From the human T2T-CHM13v2.0 reference genome, Homo sapiens, in NCBI RefSeq assembly GCF_009914755.1, contig NC_060932.1: DNA of 64,000 nt. One strand, given 5' to 3'. A program made the translations under genes and the position numbers. The notes below the pieces were generated by a model, which searched no databases, was not told the origin of the DNA, and worked only from the letters and a program-made list of their open reading frames with translations. Of this stretch, positions 1 through 10,600 are shown piece by piece. How positions within the stretch are numbered: the stretch's first letter is position 1; the number at the start of each line of letters is the position of its first letter.

Positions 1-169
1 CATTAAATATTAGTGTTGCTACTTTTTATTTTTTATAGCCATTTTAAATTCACAGTAAAGATTTTTTGATGTTTTGAAAAAATGTTTACAGATCATCAAG
101 CAGTCATAATTTTTCCCTGTTGATTATTAAGATGGCTTGCATAGTTTCAGCTTGCAGTTCTTGTTATGG

Positions 170-1030
170 TTCCACACTAATGTGCAGAGCAGCGCTGCCT
201 GTATCAAGTTTGTGTGAAGGGGAAAGGTTAATTCTGAATTCATTTTCTGTCCCATAGTCAATTTATCTATGCCAGCCCCAATTCCACATTGCCTTGATTG
301 GTATAGATTTACAATAAATGTTGATAAGTGGTAGGGTGATTCCCCTCCCTTACTCAAGATCAGAAGTGCTTGTGATATTCTTGGGCCTTTATCATCCACA
401 TGAATTTTATTACCAGCTTCTGGATTTTCATGTAAAACACTTTGGTGAATTTGATTTAATTACATTGAGGTTTTGAATTAGTTTATGAGGAACTGACATC
501 TTTATGATATCTTCCTACTTACCAATATGAGATAGTTCTACATTTATTTATGGCTTTTTTTGCTGTCATTTCCTACATTTAGATGATTTTTCTATAAATT
601 ATACTACATCTGATTTTAAATTTACTCCCAAATTCTTAAATTTTTATAGCAATTCAACATTGTAACTTTTATTAAATTATGCTTTTTAACCTTTTCTCTC
701 TGGTTAATAGAAATACACTGGATTTTTATGTATTAATTATATTTCTAACAATTTTTCTCATCACTCTTAATTCTATATTCTGTGATTTCTTTGGGTTTTT
801 AAGTTAAGTCATATCTTCTGTGAATAATGACAGTTCTGTCTCTTTTTTCTATACTTATCAGTTTTCCTTTTCCTTTCTTCTTTCCCTCCTCTCCTTCCTC
901 CCTTCTTCCCTCCTTCTCTCTCTCCCTTCTTTCCTTACTTTCATTTTTTCTTTCTTTAATTGTATTGACAAGTACAGTAATCAATAACTTCTAAATTTTC
1001 ACTATTAAGAATGATGATTGATTGTGACTT
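170..1030 (-). mobile_element. Ancient L1M ORF2 fragment (approximate bounds)
   Basis: T-rich degenerate antisense L1 phrases, e.g. ccacattgccttgatt and gaactgacatctttatgatat. Confidence 0.55.
862..958. repeat. CT-rich homopyrimidine low-complexity tract
   Basis: Visible directly; explains the K/E/R-rich ORF 799-984. Confidence 0.9.
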
Positions 1031-1381
1031 TCCATTACTATTTAAACTTATAAATCTTCTATGACTTAACATAACTGAAATGCATTTATGTGAATTTACT
1101 TCTCTCTTTATTCTTGGCTCATGTGTTTTTAAATAATTTTTTTTTAATTTTATAGAGAGTTTGGGTCCCTATCTTCTCTTGTCCTCTGCTTCTAGTACTC
1201 TGAGTAATTAGGTTGCTCACTCACATTTTCATTTCTCTACGGGCATAATTTGCATGTGCATATTTTTGTACCTTGACATGTGTACTTAAAAAGGAACATT
1301 TGGAGGACCTATGAATAAAATCACAATGCTGGTATTTTTAAGCTAAAGAGTTAAATAAATCTCCTTTGTCAACTGACACAG

Positions 1382-1463
1382 GTAATGGATGGTTTCTTGG
1401 GAGTATTGTTGTTAAGTCTGAAGATGAAGACAGCAGTGAAGAGGTGCTGTTTCTATGCAACAG
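1382..1463 (+). CDS. RP1: Internal coding exon (82 nt, phase 1 to phase 2), PLAT/LH2 domain; probably penultimate exon of the long RP1 isoform
   Basis: Acceptor ctcctttgtcaactgacacag| and donor AACAG|gtatgc. Encodes (G)NGWFLGSIVVKSEDEDSSEEVLFLCN(R), matching the PLAT motif GWFL..V.V...F.CNRWL. The exon is well supported; the gene symbol rests on recall that RP1 has a long isoform ending in LOXHD1-like PLAT repeats. Confidence 0.7.
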
Positions 1464-1679
1464 GTATGCTCTTAATGCATTATTATGCAAAATTATGCTC
1501 TCTTTGTCCAATTTATTCCACCTGTGTCCTCCAGCATGCCTCATCCCAGCTGTTGGACAACATCATTCCCTCCCTGAAAACCAGAGCTGAAGGCCTTCTC
1601 TCCTCAAGAAGCTGTCCTTTATCAGCACTAGTAATTCTCTCTTCTTTTGTAATCTCTAACATTTTTCTCTTCTGAAAAA

Positions 1680-1920
1680 AGTATGGTGAAATGGAAAGAA
1701 ATTGGATTAGGACTTAGAAAACAGGTTCTTCTTTCTGTTTCTAAAACACATGCTAAGCTCCCTGCTAGTACTGTGAACTTGGGTACCACTCTTAACTTCT
1801 CTGAGGTTCAATGTCCTCATATGGAAGATGGCAATAATACCTGCTTCCCCTAGTTCATTTGAATCATTTAAACTCAAATGATGTTATATATGTGAACTGT
1901 GAACTCTAATGCATTGTACT
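1680..1920 (+). mobile_element. MIR SINE
   Basis: Core tgtgaacttgggtaccactcttaacttctctgaggttcaatgtcctcatatggaagatgg. Confidence 0.7.
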
Positions 1921-2435
1921 AAAGTGGCGTAGATGTAATATAACAGGAGACTTAAGTGGCAAGGGTAACTGTAATTCCTTGGCCGGGTGGTCATAGGTGA
2001 ATCTCTTAAACTTCTGATTCTCAGTTTCAAAGTTTTATGAGAATGATTAAATCTTCTCTACCTACTTTATAGAGTTATAATAAGTAGAATATCAAATGCA
2101 CCTTAAAACAAAATGCACTAAACATAGAAATTATGTAGTTAAGTTCCCTCCATTATTAACCAATCTACAGAATATGTTGATCCATTTGATCAGTCATTAT
2201 GCAAGTAGTAATTGACCACCCACCATATCAAGAAGTGGGATAGATAATGGAGATCCATCAATAAGGCAATCCAGTTTCTGTCGGCAAGGACCTATGGTCC
2301 CCACATGGGAACATGGGAAATGTTAACGACATGAGGGCAATGAGAGAGGCTTATATATGCTGTGAAGACCTGGGTGTCAAGGTGCTATGTCTATGTGATT
2401 GCATGTTCCTTGAATCTAGAGAACTCATGCATTGT

Positions 2436-2600
2436 ATATATTAATTTATCCATCCATTTAATATGTTAATTTATCCATCCATTTATTTATGAAAAAATAT
2501 TGCCTGCCTGCTAGGTGTTAGGTACTATACCAAATCCTAGAGATTTAGAGATAAAAAAGTAGAGTTCTTGTCTTCAAAGAACTTCCAATTGATGCTCAAT
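2436..2600 (-). mobile_element. L2 3' end with a 25-bp tandem duplication at the tail
   Basis: catccatttatt...tgctaggtgttaggtacta...gttcttgtcttcaaagaactt. Confidence 0.55.
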
Positions 2601-2964
2601 AAGGGAGGAGAGATGTAACGCTACATGAAGCTGGAGAGCTGAGTGTGCTCTGAATTTAGTAGGTGGCTCAGCATCACTATTCCCTAAAGTGAGGGACACT
2701 CTTCAGATATGCAGAGATGCACATTGGTTGACTGACTGGATTTTACCTTACTATAGTTTCGATTCTAGGAAATAGTCATTCCTTTGAAACTTAATAAGGA
2801 GTTGAATTTTGTATGAACAAAATGTGTAGCACTTCTCTGATCATCTGTTTGTTTCTTTTCTCAATGCACTTCCATTTAAAGTGCATGTAGTAGTAGCTAT
2901 TGCCATTTTATGAAATTCAAGCTCTAGGAAGAGACCTTGTATTTTTATTTTTGAAAGAAATCTT

Positions 2965-3190
2965 AGTGAATAGGGAATAGAAGGGGCAAAGATTGAAGTT
3001 TTTTAGCACCAGATTTGGATTATAATGGCATTACTTACTAGCTCTGGGAGCCTCAGTTTATTCTTATGTAAAATGGCAGTAATGACACCTATTTTGCAGG
3101 GTTGTTTGAGGATTTCAGACAATGTATATAAAGTACCTACAAAAGTGTCCTGCAATTATTAGAGGCTCCATGATGGTAAATGTTATTGTC
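2965..3190 (+). mobile_element. MIR SINE
   Basis: gagcctcagtttattcttatgtaaaatggcagtaatgacacctattttgcagggttgtttgagga. Confidence 0.7.
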
Positions 3191-3335
3191 ACAGAAACAA
3201 TTTTAAAGAAATTTTTAGACATGATACTACACATGCAAATGAAGGGAGAAAACACACCTTTGTTTCTAGATCATGTGTCTAGTATTTAGAACTCTCAAAT
3301 AATTGACTAAGTTTTACTTTTTAAATATTGTATCT

Positions 3336-3490
3336 GCACAGTCCAATATGGTAGCCACTAGTCACATATGGCTAATTAAATTTAAATTAATAAAATCAAA
3401 TCAAATAAAAATTCAGTTGCTTGGTTGTACTAGCTACATTTCTAGTGCTGAATAGACACAGATGGTTAGTGACTACCATATTGGCCAGTA
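3336..3490. mobile_element. MER3-like hAT-Charlie MITE
   Basis: Inverted ends ccaatatggtagccactag ... ttagtgactaccatattgg. Confidence 0.75.
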
Positions 3491-4529
3491 TATATACAAC
3501 ATTTGGTTTTATATCACATCTAGATATTTGGTATCATATGAAGCTGTGTTTAATATTTTACAGTGTAGTTTATTGCTCTGAATGTGATGGTACCAATGAA
3601 ATAATGTAAGTAGTAAATATAAGATTATTATTTTTCTAGAAGTGCCACATTTAGCAAAGTCAAAAGGCATCCAGGGCAGGTGATAATGGTCACATTCTCT
3701 TCCAAGCCAAAATTAATTTTACTGGCAATGCAGAGGAGTAGAAATCATGAAAGTGACTTATTTCTACATTTTAGAATAATCACAAACCCTAGAAATTGGA
3801 CTTACAGAAACAAAATGACGCAGATGAAAATATTTAAGATGGTTTATTGTATCATACTATCATATGGAATGATATGCACACTGGTGTATCATTGCACTGT
3901 TATCATTAACTATAGCAATATAAACTGTTTTCCTTGCCTTTTCTCTCTGAGGACCCAGGGTTAAATAAGTATTAAAAAATTATCTTGCTATTCCATCAGA
4001 AGTGGAAGAAACCATAGATAACATTTAGTTTCATGGTTTGTTTGACAGATGGGCAAACTGTGACCTAATGAGATTAATGGCATGCACACCTCAGACCCAT
4101 TAGTCAGAAAGCAGGGGCTCTTGGTTCCTTGGCCCTCTGGAAAGTTTTAATTTAGTGTCTATCAATCTGTTGTTTCTATGATATAACTATGATTTTGTGA
4201 ATTATCTTCTACTGAAGAATTCCCTGCACAAGATATCAAGTTTACTATAAAATTGTTTTGTCAGAAAGTTCTACTTTCTGGAGTGTTTGGAGCATTTAGA
4301 TGACATAAGCTTTACTGTCTTCCGCAGTATAGATTATCAAGTACTTAAATGCAAGTCCCCTTCTAATTATGGGAAAAGAAAAGGTCTCCGAGAAGGAGGT
4401 TATTTATAACTTTATTTGTGGAGTTTCAAAATAACCAAGATATAGAGGGGTTACATTTTGTGTTGTGGGAGCCTCTAAGATTTCTGCACCCATCTGTTGT
4501 ATTGCTGTAGAGAAAAATCAGAAGAATAT

Positions 4530-4760
4530 CCATCACTAGCATTTACTGAATGCTTTCCAAGGAATAGGCTTCATGGTAAAGCCAGAACTGCACACAGATA
4601 CTCATTTGATCCCCACAGCCAGCCTACAGGTAGACTCTGTGATATTTATATTTCAAAGACAAGGAAATTGTCTTTGAAATATAAAGATAGTAAATTTTTT
4701 GCCTGAATATATTAATAATTGGTGGAGTCAGGATTCAGATCAAAATATATTTGACTCTAG
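4530..4760 (-). mobile_element. MIR SINE
   Basis: ctcatttgatccccacagccagcctacaggtag...ggagtcaggattcaga. Confidence 0.55.
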
Positions 4761-5015
4761 AACTGTACTGTCTCACATGGGAGCCACAAGCCACATATGT
4801 CTACTGAACTGTGGCTCTTCCAATGTAGGTATAAGATACATTCCAGATTTCAAGAGTGGAGAATAAAAAAGAATGTGATACAATTTTTATACTGATTACA
4901 TGTTGAAATAATAATCTTTTGAATTTATGAAAATTCAAAATATTAATTTTACCTTCTTTTTACTTCTTTCCATATATGGTTTGTATTCTAGTTCTCTTGA
5001 AGAGTGCTGTCCTAG
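4757..5015. mobile_element. MER33/MER3-like Charlie MITE
   Basis: ctagaactgtactgtc...gagccacaagccacatatgtctactga...agtgctgtcctag. Confidence 0.6.
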
Positions 5016-5389
5016 AGTCTGAGGGTTTAGCCACTGTGTATACCTGCCAGTCACATGACAGGAGAAAATAACAGCTACCACTAAGGAAACTCCAAGTGAG
5101 AAATTTTGACTATGTTAGAATATTTGTAATGTTACCAGAGGACTTTTCTAAAAGCCAAAATTTTAGAGTGAACCAATATGACTTTGCAATTTGAGTGTAG
5201 GAAAAAACTTGCCGAAGCTGGACTGCTAAATAATCTGGTGTGGCTTAAAATCTTAAATCCTTTTTTAAAATTCTGATCTCTCTAAAGGCCTCTTTAAATT
5301 CTTTCCATATGTTTTTTTTTCCTTTCTAACTAATGAGCCTCCTTTCAATGCTCTCTCATATTAATTATCTTCTTTTTTTTGCATGGCAG

Positions 5390-5489
5390 ATGGCTAGATG
5401 AGTACCAAGATGATGGCAAGACCCAGCGGGAATTGCTCGCAGAAAGTAGTCCCAGTGCAGTAGGAGAGACTGGGTCTACCATCTCCTGA
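5390..5489 (+). CDS. RP1: Terminal coding exon completing the PLAT domain, TGA stop at 5487-5489
   Basis: Polypyrimidine acceptor tcttcttttttttgcatggcag|. Phase 2 matches the upstream donor (AG|A = Arg), giving RWLDEYQDDGKTQRELLAESSPSAVGETGSTIS*, the typical PLAT end motif RWL....DDG...REL. Not present in the supplied ORF track in this frame. Confidence 0.7.
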
Positions 5490-6319
5490 AAGGGCCCACT
5501 TGGGCCTGTCGCTCCAATATGCTTCAAAAGGCTATTGATCTGATTGTGATAGTGCATTTGTCTTTTGCTTGGGCTGGAGCAAACACCTGGGGAGGGTCAG
5601 TTTGTGTTGGACCCACTCATTGTTTCTGAGAACTTCCAAAATTGGGAGGATGCACTGACAGCCTCCGCCAACAGCTGACCAAGATCAGCCCCTGGTATCT
5701 GGGGTACCCATACTGCTGCTGCTCACCTCCTCCCCCTCCTCTTCCTTCACCTTTTCTTTCCCTTCCTCCCCACTCTTCCCCTCCCTCCTCTCCCTTCTTT
5801 CTTTTCCTTTTTCTTTCAGAAAATCTGACTTACTGCTAAGGTTACTGAAATGTCTAAATAAGTATTCTTTGTAGAAAATAACTGAAGAGGTACCTAATAA
5901 CATTTGATGCATGAAAAACACTTTTATGCAACCTATGTTAATTTTAAAGTGGAAGTTTTATTGTTAGACAATGGTATGTCTCTCTCAGAATTAGTGGTAA
6001 AATCAATAAGAAAATGTAGAAAGAACCCAACCAATTGGGTTACTGTGTGTTCCCAGTGCACGTCCTGTGGGTCCACTTGCAGTTTGAGCTTCGAGCTGGT
6101 GACAGAGTCCTGCAGGCAGAGAGCAGCAGAGCGCAGGGCAGATATCTCACATCCATCGGTCACTTTTTCTCATGAAGCCTCAAATACTTGTCAACTTGGT
6201 GCCACAGGTGCCTTCTTCTAATCCGTTAATTTGGCACATAAGCTAAAACTCATTTGCCAGCCCCGGAGAGGTCAGGATGTAGCTTTTGATATCAAAGACA
6301 CCTGTCTTTGAATCTCTAT

Positions 6320-6490
6320 TTTGCCCCGTGAGGTAGATGCTATCATCACCCACATTTTGCAGATGAGGAAACCGACACATGGAAAAGCCAAGTGACCTGC
6401 CCAAGCTTAGAGAGTGGAACAAGCAGGAGAGCCGGGATGTGACCCTAGAAGTCTGACTTCAGAGCCCGTGCGCGTCCACACTGTGACCTT
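6320..6490 (-). mobile_element. MIR SINE within the putative 3'UTR
   Basis: cccacattttgcagatgaggaaaccga...aagtgacctgcccaag. Confidence 0.75.
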
Positions 6491-6753
6491 GGCCCTCCTG
6501 CCTTCCCTGCTTGTTTTTAGTATCCCATGAAATCAGGCAGAGGGGCCAAGGAGGCAAATCTTGCATACCACCTTCATGATTTTTGTCGTCTGCAATAGTA
6601 CCTGTACTAGTATATGCTTGATATTTTCTTCCTTGAACTGTGTCTAAATCAGTGTATTTAGAGGTGAAGAGAGCTTGGCCTCATCCTAAATCATATTCCA
6701 AATATCCATGAAATCACTGATTTAATATGTCATTACATTTTTTCCTAAAACAC

Positions 6754-6764
6754 ATTAAAATAAA
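6754..6764 (+). terminator. Candidate polyadenylation signal (overlapping ATTAAA 6754-6759 and AATAAA 6759-6764)
   Basis: Sequence cacATTAAAATAAAtct, with T/GT-rich sequence downstream. Confidence 0.45.
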
Positions 6765-6853
6765 TCTATGTCTAACAAAAATTTTAGGTTAGTCTATATA
6801 CTACCTAAAATTATTTTATAAATATCTAGTAGTCGGCACATTTCACCATTACG

Positions 6854-6884
<31 letters not shown>

Positions 6885-6903
6885 CATGTGTGTATGTGTG
6901 TGT
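6854..6903. repeat. Imperfect (TG)n microsatellite
   Basis: Visible directly. Confidence 0.9.
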
Positions 6904-7151
6904 AGAACTTAACTCTGGCCTGGCAGATCATTATTAGTAAATAATGTTCAGTAAGTAGATGCTGTTGTTATAATGGTTTCCCTTTTACTAACCCATGACC
7001 AAGAACTAATCCATTCCTTAGAAATGGTATATTTTTACATCTGAGGATGAAAATACATCAAGAATACGGCTTCAGTGATTTGAAGTTAAAAACAGCCTTT
7101 TTTTTTTCTAAAGTGTCCAGCAGACCATATTACAGGTAAGAAAAATAAGTA

Positions 7152-7706
7152 CAATAGTTCTCCCTTATTGGTGGTTTTGCTTTCTGAGGTTTCAGTTACC
7201 AGAAGTCAACCACAGTCTGAAAATATTAAATGGAAAATGTCAGAAATAAACAATTCATTCATTTTCAGTTGCATGCCATTCTAATCAGTGTGATGTAATC
7301 TCATGCCATCCTGCCCTGTCCCATCCAGGATGTGAATATTCTCTTTGTCCCGAGTATCCATGAATCACTTAGTCCTAGTATTGCAGCACTTGTGTTTGTC
7401 ACCCTTATTTTACCTAATAATGACCCCAAAGTGCAAGAGTAGTGACTCTAGCAATTCGGATATGCCAAAGAGAAGCTGAAAAGTGCTTCCTTTAAGTGAA
7501 AAGGTGAAAGTCCTTGTCTTAATAAGGAAAGAAAATAAGTTGAATGCTAAGTTTGCTAAGACTTATAGTAAGAACAAATATCTGTTAAATTGTAAAGACA
7601 GAAAAAGAAATTTGTGCATAATATAAATAGGGTACAATACTATCCATGGTTTCAGATATCCACCAGGGGTTTTGGAACATATCCCCCAAGGATAAGGGGG
7701 ACCACT
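7152..7706. mobile_element. MER44 (Tigger family) non-autonomous DNA transposon
   Basis: TIR-like ends caatagttctcccttat ... ataagggggaccact; internal ggtttcagttacc...gaaaatattaaatggaaaat. Confidence 0.75.
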
Positions 7707-9890
7707 CCAGGCTGCACAGAAGCTTGGAGAATCACTTCTTGCCCTTGATGACATTTATTTCATGGTGCCCTGCCCAAAGCGGATACTGAACAAACACACT
7801 CATTTACTAAGCAGAAGCTTGTGAAGCATCTCCCAGACACTGGGAATAAACTGGCAAACAGCATAGTCATTTTCCCTGCCCTCTGAGGGGCCAGTGTTCT
7901 AGCAGGGACCTGAGTGAATAATGTGCGTTCTGCAAACAGAGCCGAGGCGCCCTCCAAACTCTCAGGCCCTGCGGAGGGAGAGAGATCTTGTGCTCAGCTT
8001 TGTATATTCAGTTCTTGGCATACCAGGTGCTCTCTGCTAACTTGCAGGCCCTATGGAAGGAGAGAGATCTTGTGCTCAGCTTTGTATATTCAGTCCTTGG
8101 CATACTGCCTGCTTATAGTCAGTGCTCTGTGTCTATTAAATACATGAATCATTCTTGCCTTACCACACAATACACCTTATTAGAGATTGAAATATTAAAT
8201 GATTCCCAATTCAGTTTATATTTGTGCAGAATAAGTATTCACAGATAATTACACTCAGTGCCTCTATTTTTACAAACTTTGATGCAACAATACAGTTTTA
8301 TTCCAAACGTAATCCTGCCCCTTTCTCCCCACCCTGCCACAGTTCAGATTGGAGTTGTCTATTTCCTAATTCTATCCAACAGAACATTTACAATTCTTCT
8401 CTTGAGGGGGGAGGTGATGTAAATACCAATTGGATCCATTTTATGTGGATTCTTGTTTATTTTATCCTTATAGTGCTCATTTCTTAGACATTGTCCACAT
8501 TCTGGGACTGTCTCAGTCCAAACTCCTTACATAATAGCTATTCCTTGAAAACTGGAAAACTAACAGTGAAGCTATATTTATTTCTAGGTTTTCAGAGACA
8601 GCAAAAAATTATTGACAGTGCATAGCACAAAGGCAGCAAATAGATTCTTAAAGGTTGGGTGAAAAGAGGCATTTTGGTCATGTCGTTTGTTTTTTCTTGT
8701 GGAGTGAATGATGTAAAACCCTCATCCATAAACCTGACATGCATATCCTTTAAAAATGCTGGTGAGTGGTAGACAAGTGCAAAAACAAAGACCAGAAAAC
8801 AAAATGTGGCCCATTTCATGGAGCACGACAATTGCCTAGCACAACTCCTGTGTCTTCATGGGTTTGCTTGTATCTGGGTTAAAAGCAAGATGGAGCAAAG
8901 AACACTTTTATCTGATGGATGCATCCTCTATTTTAACCAGCAAGTTATCATGATGGTGCAATGATGATATGGATGGCCTTCAGGTGCTAAAGTGTTTTCA
9001 TATAAACTTCGCAAGCAGATTTAAGTTATGTGTTTGTTATAGCAAAGGATGATGTAGCTTCTTTGTGGCTGTGGGTAAAATAATGTCTTGGACAGCTAAG
9101 CTAATTGTTCTTTAATAAGGAGAGAGGCTCTCCAGAAAGCCCACCAGAGTTAGGTTTATCCTGCAAGTCATCGGGGCTGATAATACTTTTGAACAGTTAT
9201 ATTTTAAGTTATTTTTAGAAGCGAAGAAACAAACACTGCAAAGTAGGCCCTCCTCCACATCCAGGTAAGCTAATGTTTTCTAAATGGAGGTTCCTTTTCA
9301 TTCTTTCAGGCAGTGGGATAGAGTATACTAGAAAAAGATCCCTGGGTTCTGAAATTAATCTTGATTCTCTACCACAAAGGGTGTGAAGCCCTAAGAATGT
9401 AGCATCAACTTCCTTGGGCCTCTGTTTCCAGGCCTCTATGAGGATGACTAAAGAGTACCAATTAAACTGATTACTAAGCTTATAAATATATCAATTACTT
9501 GATTATAGGGGCAACATTAATATTTGCAAGCTTATTCACATCAGTTGATTGAAACTTTACAAACACACCATTCCCTAGGCCTTTGCCCATGTTGGTTTCT
9601 TTGCTTGGAAGGGCCTTCCCTTCTTGCCTGGAAAATTCCTATTCATTTTCTAAGACCATGCTTGATGTTCTTTGAATCAGTCAAAACTAAGGCTCCCCCA
9701 TCCTCTGTGTTTCCATATTACCCTGTCCTTCTCCTCTTACTATAATTAGCATTTTACATAGTGGTCATGTATCTCAGTTCACAAACTCAGAAGTGTGACA
9801 AATATTACTTCTTTTGTTTTCTGTATGTCAGCTTAATGTTCAGCTCCTAATCTCTGTCACACAGATTCGTAGAAAATTCCTGTTCTTTTC

Positions 9891-10052
9891 TTTTTTTTTT
9901 TTTTTTTGAGACCGAGTTTCGGTTTCGCTCTTGTTGCCCAGGCTGCCTGGAGTGCAGTGGCGCGATCTCGGCTCAACTGCAACCTCAGCCTCCGGGATTC
10001 AAGCGATTCTCCTGCCTAGCCTCTCAAGTAGCTGGGATTACAGGCGTGCACC
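9891..10052 (-). mobile_element. Alu right arm only (5'-truncated AluS)
   Basis: Poly-T then gagaccgagtttcg...gctgggattacaggcgtgcac; no left arm. Confidence 0.9.
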
Positions 10053-10600
10053 TCATTTTCAAGCATAATTGAGGCACATTCTCCTTTCTAAGGGGCAAGA
10101 GAATCCTAGAAGCTTATACTCTGTTTAGAGAGAAAAATGCTTTTCTTCCAAGTCTATCATTGTCCCTGCCACAGTCTGTTTTCTCTCTGGACCACTCACA
10201 CAGTACTAGACTTTTTGTCATGACTGAGAACCCAAGTGCCTCAGGACACTCCTTTCTAGGCTGCTCTGCAGCCCTCCCCTAAGAGGAAGGGTGCATCTTC
10301 TCCAGGTCTCTCCTTACTCAAGACAAGATATCTCACGGGGATCCCGCAGCTGTGGGGCTCACAGACCTCTTTTTTTCTGGCCGATAAAAATCTCTTTTCT
10401 TTTCCCTGTTGCTTCTCAAAAGCCCTCTCCGTTTTTCCTCCTGTATCAGTACAACTAATACAAGTTATTGGTTTTTTTTAAAGTGTTTAGATTTTTATAG
10501 AAGACTGGACGTTGTTTCTAGTATGAACATGATGAGGGCAGACAAAAGAACTTTCCCCTTCTGTTGTTATTCAAATTAATAAAGAGAATGGAAAACCTAT

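Larger units (their letters stand above)
5490..6790 (+). other. Putative 3'UTR of the PLAT-domain gene
   Basis: Follows the stop codon; candidate poly(A) signals at 6754-6764. The end position is inferred. Confidence 0.45.

Noticed and set aside
1366-1590. 74-aa ORF as a stand-alone gene
   Set aside because: Only 1382-1463 is domain-like and bounded by splice sites; the remainder is intron read-through
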